A DNA stretch of 64,000 bases from Candidatus Omnitrophota bacterium (GCA_020341815.1 CP070837.1:465743-529742); one strand, 5' to 3'. Numbered from the stretch's first letter, positions 45,213-56,260 are shown. Notes: generated by a model from the letters alone, not told the origin. Translations and numbers: made by a program.

Positions 45213-46433
45213 TTATGGTTTTTCCAATTTGAATTGCTTATGAATTGCGCGCACTGCCCTCTGAGCAAGTCTTTTGCGGATTACACAGGAGATGCTTATC
45301 TCGGAAGTAGAAATCATCTCGATATTAATCTTATTTTTCGCTAAAATATCAAACATGCCTGCGGCAATACCGGAATGAGACTTCATTCCCACTCCCACAA
45401 TAGAAACCTTGGCGATATCTCTATCTGCAGAAACAGTGCCTCCTCCGATTTCCTCACTGGCCTTCCTGGCCGCTCTTAAGGTCCTGGCCAAATTGTCCGT
45501 TGCCGCTGTAAAGGAAAGGTCGGTGTATCCGGTGCGGCTGATATTCTGAACAATCATATCTACATTTATGCCTTCCTGGGCGATTATCTTAAAGATCTTA
45601 GCTGCCACCCCGGGCCTGTCAGGCAGGTCGCGTATTGTAATTTTACTCTCATTTTTATTTAAAGTTACGGCGCTGACCACAACCTTTTCCATTTTCTTTG
45701 CTTCTTTCGAAATCATCGTTCCTCCTTTGCTGCTAAAACTCGACCTGACAATAATGGGGATATTAAATCTCTTGGCCAATTCCACGCATCTTGTCTGCAA
45801 TACCTGCGCCCCTCGTGAAGCCATCTCCAGCATCTCATCATAACTTACCATCTCCAGTTTTCTGGCCGCAGGAACGATGCGCGGATCGGCAGTATAAATT
45901 CCTTCCACATCCGTATAAATTTCACAGGCCTTTGCTTTTAATACCTTGGCCAGGGCAACGGCGGTTAAATCGCTTCCGCCGCGGCCTAAAGTGGTTATCT
46001 CTCTGGATAAGTCCGCGCCCTGAAAGCCGGCAACAATTACAATCTTTTTTTCTGCCAATTCTCTTTTAATTCTGGCGGCGTTAATCCGGATAATCCTGGC
46101 CTGGGTGTGAGAGCTGTCGGTGATAATGCCTACCTGGGCACCGGTAAAAGATATGGCCTCATATCCCAACTTATGAATTGCCATAGCCAAAAGGGCTACG
46201 GATATCTGCTCACCGGTAGAGATAAGCATATCTATCTCTCTTTCCGAAGGCAAATAGCTGACCTGGTTAGCTAACTTAAGCAGGTTATCGGTGGTATCCC
46301 CCAAAGCCGAAACCACTACTACCAAGTCGACCCCTTTGCGCCGATAGCTGATTATGCGCTTGGCAACTCCCGAAATCCTCTTAGGATCGGCAACCGAGGT
46401 ACCCCCATATTTTTGTACGATTATATTAGACAT
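45213..46433 (-). CDS. lysC: Aspartate kinase
   Basis: VQKYGGTSV, TTLGRGGSD, two ACT domains (STSEI). Confidence 0.95.
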   Translation of the reverse strand: MSNIIVQKYGGTSVADPKRISGVAKRIISYRRKGVDLVVVVSALGDTTDNLLKLANQVSYLPSEREIDMLISTGEQISVALLAMAIHKLGYEAISFTGAQVGIITDSSHTQARIIRINAARIKRELAEKKIVIVAGFQGADLSREITTLGRGGSDLTAVALAKVLKAKACEIYTDVEGIYTADPRIVPAARKLEMVSYDEMLEMASRGAQVLQTRCVELAKRFNIPIIVRSSFSSKGGTMISKEAKKMEKVVVSAVTLNKNESKITIRDLPDRPGVAAKIFKIIAQEGINVDMIVQNISRTGYTDLSFTAATDNLARTLRAARKASEEIGGGTVSADRDIAKVSIVGVGMKSHSGIAAGMFDILAKNKINIEMISTSEISISCVIRKRLAQRAVRAIHKQFKLEKP

Positions 46434-46491
46434 ATGCTTATTTAACCCTCTGCTCTCTTTTCTCTTTCAACGCAAATAATTCACAGCAATA

Positions 46492-46520
46492 ATCTTAACA
46501 CCACTTCTGCCCAAACGCAA
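46492..46520 (-). promoter_or_regulatory. Putative sigma70 promoter of lysC
   Basis: TTGCGT-17nt-TAAGAT with TG extension. Confidence 0.45.
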
Positions 46521-46550
46521 CAAAAAAATAGGGGAGTTTATATCTCCCCT
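46521..46550 (-). terminator. Intrinsic terminator after the ychF-like gene
   Basis: AGGGGAG/CTCCCCT stem followed by a T-run on the minus strand. Confidence 0.7.
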
Positions 46551-46577
46551 TACTTCCTTATATTTTAGGTTGTTCAT

Positions 46578-47615
46578 TTACACACTGAATTTAAAATTGA
46601 TGATATCTCCGTCCTGGACAGGATATTCTTTACTTTCTAAACGTAATAGTCCTTTCTCCTTGGCTTTGGCGAAAGAGCCGCATTCAACAAAGTCTTTATA
46701 GTTAATTACCTCGGCGCGGATAAAGCCTCTTTGCATATCGGAATGCACGCTTCCGGCGGCCTCAAGGGCGCTTGAGCCGCTGGGAACGGCCCAGGCGCGG
46801 GCTTCTTTACCCACCACGGTAAAAAATAAAATCTCATCCAGCGCCTGAAAACAGGTCTGGATAAACTTATCTCTGCTTAAAGTTAAAAGGCCCATCTCCT
46901 TTAAAAACTGGGGCCGCTCTTCCTCGGAGAGGTCCTCAATCTCGGCCTCCACCTCAGCGCAGATGGGAAGAAATTTTAGGCCTTGGGCCCCTGCCTCTTT
47001 TTCCAATTCTATCCATCCTTTTTTACTAAGCTGCTCTTCGGAAATATTGGCCACTACTATCATCGGCTTAAGCGTCAAAAGCTCAAAACCGGCCAGCGTT
47101 TTGAGCTCTTCTGTCTTCAGCTCTAAATCTTTAATACGCTTCTCTTTTTCCAGGGCCTCACTCAGACGCTGAAGCAAAAGAAGCTCAGGGTCCTGCTCTT
47201 TTTTGGGACGAGACTTTCTTTCCTTATTTATTTTTTCAATTCTATTCTGGATGCTCTGTAAATCCGCAAGTATCAGCTCTGAGGTAATACTCTTCAAATC
47301 CTTCGAAGGATCATCACTGGCAAAAAGGCCGATAACTACACAGAGCGCATCAAACTCTCTTAATGAGCCGGTATCTATTGCCCCGGAACTTGCCTCCTGA
47401 AGATATCCCAAATCCACCAGCGTTACCTGAGGGTAAGTAACCTTTTGAGAGCCAACGAGCTCAGCCAGCCTCTTAAGACGCTCATCCTTCAGATCCAAAG
47501 TAGCGATATTAAGCTGGACTTTACCGGATGTCTTGGACTGGGTTTTACCGCCCACCAAGGCCTTAAAAACTGTGGACTTGCCCGATGAGGAAAGTCCACA
47601 TAAAACAATTTTCAT
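46578..47615 (-). CDS. YchF-like (DUF933/TGS) NTPase, degenerate
   Basis: GLSSSGKST, ELILADL, FFTV..KEARAW, HSDMQRGFIRAEV, DGDIINFKF. Confidence 0.85.
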   Translation of the reverse strand: MKIVLCGLSSSGKSTVFKALVGGKTQSKTSGKVQLNIATLDLKDERLKRLAELVGSQKVTYPQVTLVDLGYLQEASSGAIDTGSLREFDALCVVIGLFASDDPSKDLKSITSELILADLQSIQNRIEKINKERKSRPKKEQDPELLLLQRLSEALEKEKRIKDLELKTEELKTLAGFELLTLKPMIVVANISEEQLSKKGWIELEKEAGAQGLKFLPICAEVEAEIEDLSEEERPQFLKEMGLLTLSRDKFIQTCFQALDEILFFTVVGKEARAWAVPSGSSALEAAGSVHSDMQRGFIRAEVINYKDFVECGSFAKAKEKGLLRLESKEYPVQDGDIINFKFSV

Positions 47616-47627
47616 AACTTTCTCGCC

Positions 47628-48917
47628 TTATTTTTTCTTGGCCAATTTAAGTAAAAGCGGCAGCAGCTCTGGGCCCTGCAACACTTTTAATGAACCCTCT
47701 CGGCAGGTGTTTTCCGAAAAGGTCTTTACTTCATCGGGTCTTATCTCTGCCCCGGAAATTAAGACCGGCACCGGGTCAGCCGAATGTGCCTTTAATGTGC
47801 ATGGTGTCGAGTGATCTGCGGTAACACAAACTAAAGAATTAGACATATCCAGATGCGGGATTAGATTGGCAAAGAAATACTTATCGATAGCTTCGATAGA
47901 GTCTTTCTTCTCCCTGGCCTTTCCGTCGTGCGCGGGCTCATCCGGGCCTTTTATGTGGATATAGAGGCCGTCAAACTTCTCCAGTGCAGAAAGAACTTTT
48001 TCTGCGCGCAGGGGATAATCCTTCTGGGGGTCTCCCGAAGGAAGAGGAAGCTCGATTATCTGCATCCCCGTTAACAGGGCAATACCGCGCTCAACGGGCA
48101 TCTCTACAAAACAGCCGAAGCTCGCGCCGAACCTCTCCTTCATCTGGGGCAGCTTAGGTAATCTATCTCCGGCGTCGCGGGTCAAAATTAAGTTCGCCTT
48201 TAGCTTGCCCTGGCTTTCTCTTTTTTTATTGATGGGGGACTCCTCTAAAACAAGATGGCTTTTCTCAACAAACTCATTGGTAAGTTTGGCCGCATTAACT
48301 GCTTCGGGTGAGTTTTCCTTTCCCTGAACAGGCCGGCAGGTCTGCAGGACCTTCTCAAACACCTCTTTTGCCACGCCAAAATGGCCCTTTTTGTCGTAGG
48401 CGGGGTCTGTATTGGTAACCTCAGCAGAGAGCCTTCCTTCCAGAGGATGGATAACCACTATTCCTCTGTGCCCGATGGTATTCTTAAATTTAACATCGGC
48501 TCTTAAGCTGGTAAGCTTTACCTTGGCGTTTACCTCTTTAGATAATTCGGTAGCCTCTTCTGTCGTCAGGTTGCGGCCTACCCTGCGGTCAATAATATTT
48601 TTTCCCTCGCCTAAAGTGGCAAAATTGACCCGGTAGGCAAGGTCTCCGTCTTTAACCTCCACCCCTTCGGCGTAAGATTCTAAAGGCCCGCGGCCGGTAT
48701 AATATCTTTCCGCATCATACCCCAATATACTGATTACGGCAATATCCGACTCCGGGGCAATGTCTTTTCCCACCGTGTACATAAGCCCGTTTTGCCCGGC
48801 CCGGGACAACTTATCTAAATAAGGGCTCTCTGCGGCCTCAAGAGGTGTTTTGTTGCCTAAATCCGGATGAGGTAAATCCCCTAGTCCGTCCAAAACAATA
48901 TAAACGATTTTTTTCAT
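47628..48917 (-). CDS. apgM: Cofactor-independent phosphoglycerate mutase, ApgM type
   Basis: IVLDGLGD, KTPLEAA, PESD, HIKGPDEPAH, TADHSTP. Confidence 0.88.
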   Translation of the reverse strand: MKKIVYIVLDGLGDLPHPDLGNKTPLEAAESPYLDKLSRAGQNGLMYTVGKDIAPESDIAVISILGYDAERYYTGRGPLESYAEGVEVKDGDLAYRVNFATLGEGKNIIDRRVGRNLTTEEATELSKEVNAKVKLTSLRADVKFKNTIGHRGIVVIHPLEGRLSAEVTNTDPAYDKKGHFGVAKEVFEKVLQTCRPVQGKENSPEAVNAAKLTNEFVEKSHLVLEESPINKKRESQGKLKANLILTRDAGDRLPKLPQMKERFGASFGCFVEMPVERGIALLTGMQIIELPLPSGDPQKDYPLRAEKVLSALEKFDGLYIHIKGPDEPAHDGKAREKKDSIEAIDKYFFANLIPHLDMSNSLVCVTADHSTPCTLKAHSADPVPVLISGAEIRPDEVKTFSENTCREGSLKVLQGPELLPLLLKLAKKK

Positions 48918-48927
48918 TATTTGCCTT

Positions 48928-49482
48928 TCATATCTTTGATATAGTGATATCCTGCTGGCCCTGATATTTGCCTTTTTTGTCCCGGTAGGAAACTTTGCAC
49001 ATCTGGTCGGATTCAAAAAATAAGACCTGGGCAATGCCTTCACCGGCGTAAATCTTAAGCGGACGGGGTGTAGTGTTACTGATGGAAATAGTTAAAAAAC
49101 CCTCCCAGCCGGGCTCAAGAGGAGTAACATTGACCAGGAGGCCGCAGCGGGCATAGGTGCTTTTGCCCGTAACTATTCCTAAAACATTGGCGGGCATCTT
49201 GAAATACTCCAGAGACTTGGCCAAAAGAAAAGAATTTGCGCTGATTACAGGGGCGTCTGTTGTTATATTACGGAAGGCACTCTCCTCTATTCTTTTGGGG
49301 TCAATAACCAGTTCTTCCGAGGGAGAAAATATCTTAAACTCCGAGGCCAGGCGAATATCGTAGCCAAAACTGGAAAGGCCAAAGGAGATATTGCCTTCTT
49401 TGACCTGTTTCTCTACGAATGGCACAATCATATCCTTCTCTTTGGCCATCCGCATAATCCATTGGTCGGGTTTAATAGACAT
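48928..49482 (-). CDS. dcd: dCTP deaminase
   Basis: [37 protein letters not shown]. Confidence 0.95.
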   Translation of the reverse strand: MSIKPDQWIMRMAKEKDMIVPFVEKQVKEGNISFGLSSFGYDIRLASEFKIFSPSEELVIDPKRIEESAFRNITTDAPVISANSFLLAKSLEYFKMPANVLGIVTGKSTYARCGLLVNVTPLEPGWEGFLTISISNTTPRPLKIYAGEGIAQVLFFESDQMCKVSYRDKKGKYQGQQDITISKI

Positions 49483-49483
49483 A

Positions 49484-51736
49484 TTAACAGCGGGTATATC
49501 CACAGGCCGTGCAGACCACACAGCCTTCTTCGTGGCGCAGGGCGCTGCCGCAATCAGGGCAAACCCCTACGACATTTGCTATTTTAACTTTACCGGAAGA
49601 CTCTTTTGCTTGCTGCACTGAAGGCTCACTCGCCTGCTTTTTTGCCGGCTTTGCCTCAGGCTTTTTGGTGAGGCGAATTTCAATTACGCGGGCAATGGCA
49701 TCGGCGCAGGAAAATATCCTTCCGTCTTTGCTCCAGGAAGGAGACGGGCAGCGAATACCGCGTAACTGGTCAATTATAGACTTCAAATCTATGCCTGCAC
49801 GCAGGGCCAGAGAAACAAGCCTGCCGATGGCTTCCAGCTGCGAGGCCGCACACCCCCCGGCCTTGCCCATCTGCATAAAGACCTCAAAAGGACAACCTTC
49901 TTCATCTTCGTTAATAGTAATATAAAGGTTGCCGCATCCGGTGGTAATCTTGGTGGTGGTGCCGGTAACTACCTGGGGACGCGGGCGGGGCGAAATGGAA
50001 ATCTCAAGCCTGGGTGATTCCTGTCTACCTAAATTAAGCACCTGCTCGCTGCGGCTACGGTCACGGTAAATAGTTACCCCCTTACATCCCAGCTCATAAG
50101 CCATTTTATAGACTTTCTCCACATCCGCCATAGTAGCCTGGTGAGAAAAGTTTACGGTCTTACTGACCGCATTGTTGGTGGACTGCTGGAATGCCGCCTG
50201 CATACGAATATGCCACTCGGGAGAAATATCATGGGAGGTAACAAATACACTTCGTACATCCTGCGGTATCTCAGGGAGGTCCTGTATAGACTTACCCTGG
50301 CTAATCAACTTTATTAATTCCGCACTATAGAAATCTTTTGCTTTGGCAATCTCTTCAAAAATCGGATGCACCTCGGGCAGGCCCTCTCCATCCAAGACCT
50401 TACGCAAATAGGCAACGGCAAAAAGCGGCTCTATGCCGCTGGAGCAGTTAGCGATGATGCTTAAGGTGCCGGTAGGGGCAATGGTGGTTAATGTGGCATT
50501 TCTTAGGCGTGAGCCCTTTTTGGCGTAGATACTTTTCTCAAAATTGGGGAAAGTGCCTCTTTCTTTGGCCAGGGCGCAGGAGGCATCATGCGCCTTCTCC
50601 AGAATGAAGCCCATCACCTTACCCGCAAGCGCAATCGCTTCCTCTGAATTATAGGGAATGTCCAGCCTGACCAACATATCGGCAAAGCCCATTACGCCTA
50701 ATCCAATCTTGCGGTTGCCTTTGGTTATCTCCTCTATTTTCGGCAGAGGATATTTATTCATATCGATGACATTGTCTAAAAAGCGCACAGCCAGTTTAGT
50801 GGTCTCGGCCAGCTTTTCCCAGTCAACCTTTTTTGCGCTAACCATCTTGGAAAGATTGATACTACCCAGGTTACAGCTTTCATAAGGCAAAAGTACTTGC
50901 TCTCCACAAGGATTAGTTGACTCATATTCTCCCAGCGCTGGAGTGGGATTATATTTATTCATCCGATCGATAAATATTATTCCGGGCTCGCCGTTTTTCC
51001 AAGCCATCTCTACAATCTTTTTAAAGACCTCTTTTGCCTTTAATTTTCCGACGGTCTTTTTGCTGTGCGGGTCAATCAAGTCGTATTCCTGATTATTTTT
51101 CACCCGCTGCATAAAGTCTTCCGTTACTGCTACCGAGATATTAAAATTGGTAATATCCTTATCGCTTTCCTTGCAGGAAATAAACTCCATTATATCGGGA
51201 TGGTCTATGCGCAAAATCCCCATATTGGCTCCCCGACGGGTTCCCCCCTGTTTTACCGCCTGGGTGGCCGCATCAAAAACTTTTAAGAATGAGACCGGGC
51301 CGCTGGCCACGCCCCCCGTAGAGCGCACACGGCTGTTTTTGGGACGCAGCCGTGAAAAAGAAAAACCTGTTCCGCCGCCTGATTTATGAATCATCGCCGT
51401 GTTCTTGATGGCCTCAAAGATTGATTCCATAGAATCCTCGACGGAAAGTACAAAACACGCCGACAATTGCTGCAGCTCACGTCCGGCATTCATTAAGGTG
51501 GGGCTGTTAGGCAGGAACTCTAAATCAGCCATAAGGGCATAAAACTTCTCTGCTACCTTCTTCTCATCCTCCACTGAGGTTCCGTAGAACTTCTCCGCAG
51601 AAGCGATATTTTCGGCTACCCGCCGAAACATCTCCTCGGCAGTCTCGACTACCTTGCCGCTTGAGTCCTTCTTCAGATACCGCTTCTCCAGGACCTTTCT
51701 GGCATTTTCCGAAAGTTTAGGTGCCATTTTTCCCAT
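49484..51736 (-). CDS. nrdJ: Vitamin B12-dependent class II ribonucleotide reductase
   Basis: [38 protein letters not shown]-like SCAD, terminal Zn ribbon. Confidence 0.95.
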   Translation of the reverse strand: MGKMAPKLSENARKVLEKRYLKKDSSGKVVETAEEMFRRVAENIASAEKFYGTSVEDEKKVAEKFYALMADLEFLPNSPTLMNAGRELQQLSACFVLSVEDSMESIFEAIKNTAMIHKSGGGTGFSFSRLRPKNSRVRSTGGVASGPVSFLKVFDAATQAVKQGGTRRGANMGILRIDHPDIMEFISCKESDKDITNFNISVAVTEDFMQRVKNNQEYDLIDPHSKKTVGKLKAKEVFKKIVEMAWKNGEPGIIFIDRMNKYNPTPALGEYESTNPCGEQVLLPYESCNLGSINLSKMVSAKKVDWEKLAETTKLAVRFLDNVIDMNKYPLPKIEEITKGNRKIGLGVMGFADMLVRLDIPYNSEEAIALAGKVMGFILEKAHDASCALAKERGTFPNFEKSIYAKKGSRLRNATLTTIAPTGTLSIIANCSSGIEPLFAVAYLRKVLDGEGLPEVHPIFEEIAKAKDFYSAELIKLISQGKSIQDLPEIPQDVRSVFVTSHDISPEWHIRMQAAFQQSTNNAVSKTVNFSHQATMADVEKVYKMAYELGCKGVTIYRDRSRSEQVLNLGRQESPRLEISISPRPRPQVVTGTTTKITTGCGNLYITINEDEEGCPFEVFMQMGKAGGCAASQLEAIGRLVSLALRAGIDLKSIIDQLRGIRCPSPSWSKDGRIFSCADAIARVIEIRLTKKPEAKPAKKQASEPSVQQAKESSGKVKIANVVGVCPDCGSALRHEEGCVVCTACGYTRC

Positions 51737-51758
51737 TATTCCTCCCTCCTATTAGCAA

Positions 51759-51787
51759 AGTATAGCACAGCAAAATTGGGCTGTCAA
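51759..51787 (-). promoter_or_regulatory. Sigma70 promoter of nrdJ
   Basis: TTGACA-17nt-TATACT with TG extension. Confidence 0.75.
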
Positions 51788-51805
51788 GAGGAAAATCCAA
51801 GAAAT

Positions 51806-51854
51806 CTACAATATATTGGGCTCAGATTGCCTCAAAAACCCCAATAAATTGTGC
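51806..51854. promoter_or_regulatory. Tandem NrdR boxes
   Basis: CAATATATTG (51809) and CAATAAATTG (51842), 33 bp apart, match the CwAtATaTwG core; upstream of an RNR gene. Confidence 0.7.
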
Positions 51855-51969
51855 TACCAGGTTAAAAATACTACATAACTCCTTTATTTACATATAGATA
51901 AGTAATAAAACAGGCCTTTTCTTGCAAATTTAGGGCTGAAACTCCTACCTAAGGCCCTTTTCCCTAACC

Positions 51970-51998
51970 TTGCCAAAGCGGACAAAATATGCTATACT
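51970..51998 (+). promoter_or_regulatory. Sigma70 promoter of rpoN
   Basis: TTGCCA-17nt-TATACT with TG extension; GGAG SD before ATG 52028. Confidence 0.7.
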
Positions 51999-52027
51999 TA
52001 GGCGAGATCATAAGTTACGGAGATAAT

Positions 52028-53383
52028 ATGGCCTTAAAACAAAGGTTGAATCTAAGGCTCACCCAGCGGCTCATTCTCACTCCTAAGATGCGCCAGGCCC
52101 TGCATATTCTCCAGCTGCCGCTTTTGGAATTAAAAAGATTCCTGCGCCAGGAGATGCTTGAAAATCCCTTCCTGGAGGAAGAAGAAATCATCGATAATCT
52201 CCTCGATAACAAACAACTCGCGCCGGACTATTCCGAGAGTGATAACTACAATACCAGCTACGGCCAGGATATCCAGAAGAAAAAAGATTATCAAGAAACC
52301 CTGGCAACATATGCCCCTTCTCTGCAGGAGCACCTCCTGCGCCAGTTAGGCTTATCAAGCCCCAACCCCATCCTTTACAAAACGGCTGAATTTATTATCG
52401 GCAATATAGACGAAAACGGCTACAGGCACTGCTCCCAGCAAGAAATACAGCAAATCTTAGGTGTCGGAAAAAGCGATATTTATAAGGCCTTAAATCTAAT
52501 TTACACGTTTGACCCGCCGGGGGCAGGGGCCGAAGACTTAAAAGAATGTCTGTTTATCCAGCTAAAACAGAAAAACCAAGAAAACTCCCTGGCGGCCAAA
52601 ATAGTCTGCAATTATTTAACGGATTTGGAAAAGAAAAAATACAGTCATCTCGCCGGCATCTTCAAGGTCCCTCTGGAGCAAATAGAGGAAGCCGTCAGGG
52701 ATATTGCAGCTCTTGAGCCTAAACCCGGAAGAACCTTTGCAAACTCTCCTAACCCTTATATTAAACCGGATATAATCCTTATAAAACAAAAAGAAAGATA
52801 CGAAATTATCATCAATGATGAAGAATTGCCCATCTTACAAATCAGCTCTCAATACAGTAGACTCCTGCAGGATGAAAAAGTCGCAATAAGTACAAAGATA
52901 TATCTTAAAAAACAGTTCCATTCGGCCCTCTGGCTAATCAAGACTGTAGGCCAGAGACAATCAACGCTTATGGAATTAGCCCGCTTTCTCGTAGAGGCGC
53001 AAAGAGATTTTCTGGACAAAGGAAAAAGGTATCTCGCCCCTTTAAGCCTGGAAAAGATAGCCAAATCAATAAAAAGGGATAAATCCACCGTAAGCAGGCT
53101 GCTTGCCAATAAATACATTCAAACACCATTTGGAATATTTCCGCTTCGGGAATTCTTAAGCCACGGAATAAAAACAAAGAAAGGCAAGCTCATCTCCACC
53201 AAAAATATAAAGGCACAAATCGAGGATTTGATTAAAGGGGAAAATCCCGAACAACCCTTGACGGATGAAAAGATTGCGCAAACTTTAAAAGAAAGAAGTA
53301 TTCCTATTGCCAGACGAACCTGCGCCAAATACCGCGAGCAGCTAAAAATCCTTCCTGCTACCCTGCGCAAAAATCCTCATTAA
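52028..53383 (+). CDS. rpoN: RNA polymerase sigma-54 factor
   Basis: QRLILTP.MRQAL.ILQLP, ENPFLE, STVSR, RpoN box ARRTCAKYRE. Confidence 0.93.
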   Translation: MALKQRLNLRLTQRLILTPKMRQALHILQLPLLELKRFLRQEMLENPFLEEEEIIDNLLDNKQLAPDYSESDNYNTSYGQDIQKKKDYQETLATYAPSLQEHLLRQLGLSSPNPILYKTAEFIIGNIDENGYRHCSQQEIQQILGVGKSDIYKALNLIYTFDPPGAGAEDLKECLFIQLKQKNQENSLAAKIVCNYLTDLEKKKYSHLAGIFKVPLEQIEEAVRDIAALEPKPGRTFANSPNPYIKPDIILIKQKERYEIIINDEELPILQISSQYSRLLQDEKVAISTKIYLKKQFHSALWLIKTVGQRQSTLMELARFLVEAQRDFLDKGKRYLAPLSLEKIAKSIKRDKSTVSRLLANKYIQTPFGIFPLREFLSHGIKTKKGKLISTKNIKAQIEDLIKGENPEQPLTDEKIAQTLKERSIPIARRTCAKYREQLKILPATLRKNPH

Positions 53384-53952
53384 TTCAATATAGCCATTAC
53401 CAGCGCAGAACACAAAGAAATGCTTAAGTTATCGTCAACGGGAATGGGCAGAAGTTCCACCAAAGTAGCCGCAAACGCTCCCAATAAAGAAACCCTTAAA
53501 CTCAAACCCAAATAAGTATATTTTAAAATTACGGCAACTAAGCCTGAAGCAATAAAAAAAGCAACGCTTCCCTCAAAGCTTTTCTTGCCAATCTTAATCT
53601 TACCCCATCTTATCCCTGCCAGGGCGCTTGCCGCATCGCCGAATATCAAAAACAAAAGCGCCGCTATGGCAATGGATTTTTCAAAGAAAATAACCGTCAG
53701 CAAAGAACCGAAAAGAAAATATGTGCTGCCTAAAACCTTGTGATGCGCCTCTTCTTCTTTAAGGATGGCTCCTAAGGCATTAAATATCCGGCGGTTAAAC
53801 TGGGGAAAGAGGAATCTGAATATCTCCAGAATCAAGAATAAAAAAGTCACCAAAGAAAGCCAGAATAGGGTTGTCCCTTTATCAGTAAAGAAGTAAACTA
53901 ATGGGAAAACTAATCCCGCAAGCCGATAAAGCTTTCTGAAGATTAAAATCAT
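53380..53952 (-). CDS. Dolichol/phytol kinase-like (CTP_transf_1) membrane protein
   Basis: RKLY, FGDAASALAG..WG, KKSFEGS.AF, DDNL. Confidence 0.8.
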   Translation of the reverse strand: MILIFRKLYRLAGLVFPLVYFFTDKGTTLFWLSLVTFLFLILEIFRFLFPQFNRRIFNALGAILKEEEAHHKVLGSTYFLFGSLLTVIFFEKSIAIAALLFLIFGDAASALAGIRWGKIKIGKKSFEGSVAFFIASGLVAVILKYTYLGLSLRVSLLGAFAATLVELLPIPVDDNLSISLCSALVMAILN

Positions 53953-55331
53953 TTTTCGTGAAACTTCGTATAATCGTTCTTCCAGATGGGGTCGTAGATT
54001 TCATGCAGTTTTTTGCTGTATTCATCCAAGGCGCGGGCCACATAGCCCTCCAGGATATCCCCTGCCCCATCGGTGGGGCGGGCCCCATGCTCTTTAACAA
54101 GCTCACGCAAAACCCAAGGCTGGTCAATTACGCAGCAGGGGGTGAGCATATTATCGCTGTGAGCTGCGGGGGCCTCTTGAGCATTCTGCCTTTCTCTGAT
54201 AGCCTTAAAAAAGGGCGATTCCATAATTTCTTTCAGGGTCTTATTACGGATATTATCCACGGTAAAATGCATAAAGGCACAGGGCTCTACATCGCCTCTA
54301 TTATTAATGTGCAGGTATTGCCTGGCGGCAATGCAGCCTTTAACATAAGGCCCGTCGTTCCAGAAATCACCGATAAAAAGAGGTCGCCTCCGCCTTACCC
54401 TGATTATGCTTTCACGCAATTTATTGCGCTGCTGGGGTGTAGCCATCAAAGATATATCGGGATTTTTACCTAAGGGGATATACTGGAAATACCAGCCGAA
54501 ATAACATCCCTTATTAATCATAAAGTCGAAAAATTCATCACTCGTTACCACATCCGCATTGTGGCGGTGCAGAGTTGCGGAAAATCCAAAGAAAACGCCC
54601 GCCTCCTTTAAATTATCCATGGCCTGCATCACTTTGCCCCAGACACCCTTTCCCCGCCTCTGGTCGGTCTCCTGCTCAAAGCCCTCTACGCTGATTGCCG
54701 GGGCAACATTTCCCAACTTTGCCAGTCTTGCCGCCATCTTCTTATCGATTAAAGTGCCGTTGGTATAGACCTGGAAGAAAACGTCATTATGCCGGGCATA
54801 AAAATCCAACAAATCCTCACGTACAAATGTCTCCCCGCCCTCGGTAACCACAAAATATACGCCCATATCTTTTTTGGCCTCTGTCAAAACTCTGTCCATA
54901 ATCTCTAAAGGCAAATCCGTATCTTTGGTGTATTCGCGGGTGGAGCAACCCGTGCACTTAAGATTGCAGCGCATCGTGGGGCTGAACAGGATAAACCAGG
55001 GCGGTTCATAGCCATGCTTTTTAGTGTATTCGGTATGCTTATTAAGTCCGGTTATCCCTGAATTAATGATGAAATTGCGCACGAATTTATCCCGGCAATT
55101 GGGAGAAAGCCCCCTGACTATCCTGCGGGCAAATTCCACTGCCGGATGATCTTCCTGGAAATATCCCCTAACTGCTCTAAGCTGGGCCTTGGTCCAGTCG
55201 GCCTCTGCAAGCTTCTCAGCCACATAGGTCATCTTAACCAGATTTTTATTGGAAAGCTTAGGAAGTAAATTAAACAGGCCTTTGATTGTCTGAGTGCGGG
55301 TATAATTTTTAATCCTTGTTTTCAGGTCCAT
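53949..55331 (-). CDS. Radical SAM protein with SPASM/twitch-like C-terminus
   Basis: CNLKCTGC, GGE, TNG, GCIAARQYLHIN..GDVEPC.F, PCCVID. Confidence 0.88.
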   Translation of the reverse strand: MDLKTRIKNYTRTQTIKGLFNLLPKLSNKNLVKMTYVAEKLAEADWTKAQLRAVRGYFQEDHPAVEFARRIVRGLSPNCRDKFVRNFIINSGITGLNKHTEYTKKHGYEPPWFILFSPTMRCNLKCTGCSTREYTKDTDLPLEIMDRVLTEAKKDMGVYFVVTEGGETFVREDLLDFYARHNDVFFQVYTNGTLIDKKMAARLAKLGNVAPAISVEGFEQETDQRRGKGVWGKVMQAMDNLKEAGVFFGFSATLHRHNADVVTSDEFFDFMINKGCYFGWYFQYIPLGKNPDISLMATPQQRNKLRESIIRVRRRRPLFIGDFWNDGPYVKGCIAARQYLHINNRGDVEPCAFMHFTVDNIRNKTLKEIMESPFFKAIRERQNAQEAPAAHSDNMLTPCCVIDQPWVLRELVKEHGARPTDGAGDILEGYVARALDEYSKKLHEIYDPIWKNDYTKFHEK

Positions 55332-55342
55332 TTGCCTCCGTC

Positions 55343-56254
55343 CTATTTTATAAAAAATAATTTCTTTACAATATGGGCTCTTTTCTTTTTGGCAATAGCA
55401 GCCTTAAGCCGGCCTAAGGCTGCGCGCGCAGCCTTCTCTCCTTCCCGAATACACTCCTCACCTTTAGAAAAAGCCGCCCAGCTGATATGCTGAACTTTCG
55501 GCTGAATAACAAAATCCGCCAGATTGAGCTTAAGGCGAACCAACTCATGCGAGCGGATTTCGTCCGATTGAAAAAGGATATCCATTCCATGCTTAAACTT
55601 TTCATGGAAAATTCTAGACTCAACATTAATACCGATAATGAAATCCGCCCCCATTCTGCCTGTGGCCTCGACAGGCACTTCGCTGGTTATGCCTCCATCG
55701 ATTAAAAGCCTGCCTCCTATTTCTACCGGAGGAAATACAGCCGGCACAGAGCTGGAGGCCATAATAGCCTCTGACATCCTGCCTTCATTTAAGAGAACCT
55801 CCTCGCCGCTTTTTAGATTACAGGCAACGCAGGCAAAAGGAATCTTTGCATGGCTAAACTCGGCATCCTCCACCGTTTCCTTAACTAATTGCTTAATCTC
55901 TGTGCCGTTGGCTATCCAGCATTTAATTCCTTTAAGGTTCCAGAGCAAAAGCTCCTTGACAAAAGTTGCCAGGCTCTGAATTATCCTTACCTTCTCTTCC
56001 GGCGCGGAATCTGCGGCCAAGGATTCGAGTTTGATAATTGCTTCTCTCTTAAGAAGTGTGAGCATCTTCTGCTCCACACTCAAAGCTCTTCCTGAAAGAG
56101 CATAGGCTCCGCCAATCACCGCACCCATACTTGTGCCCACAATAAGGTCAACCGGTATCTTTGCCTCTTCAAATACTTTAAGAAGGCCTATATGGGCCAG
56201 GCCACGCACACCCCCTCCGCCTAAAGCCAAACCTATCTTAAATCTTTCACTCAT
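55343..56254 (-). CDS. Patatin-like phospholipase
   Basis: GGGGVRG, GTSMG, DGG. Confidence 0.92.
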   Translation of the reverse strand: MSERFKIGLALGGGGVRGLAHIGLLKVFEEAKIPVDLIVGTSMGAVIGGAYALSGRALSVEQKMLTLLKREAIIKLESLAADSAPEEKVRIIQSLATFVKELLLWNLKGIKCWIANGTEIKQLVKETVEDAEFSHAKIPFACVACNLKSGEEVLLNEGRMSEAIMASSSVPAVFPPVEIGGRLLIDGGITSEVPVEATGRMGADFIIGINVESRIFHEKFKHGMDILFQSDEIRSHELVRLKLNLADFVIQPKVQHISWAAFSKGEECIREGEKAARAALGRLKAAIAKKKRAHIVKKLFFIK

Positions 56255-56260
56255 AGTTTA

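Noticed and set aside
46434-46577. Lysine riboswitch or leader peptide before lysC
   Set aside because: The leader after the predicted promoter is only about 50 nt; the visible hairpin is the upstream terminator.
49484-51736. Intein or intron in nrdJ
   Set aside because: Normal length and continuous motifs, with no splice-junction signatures.
51737-51990. Cobalamin riboswitch before nrdJ
   Set aside because: The promoter lies about 20 nt from the start codon, no B12 box is present, and NrdR boxes explain the region.
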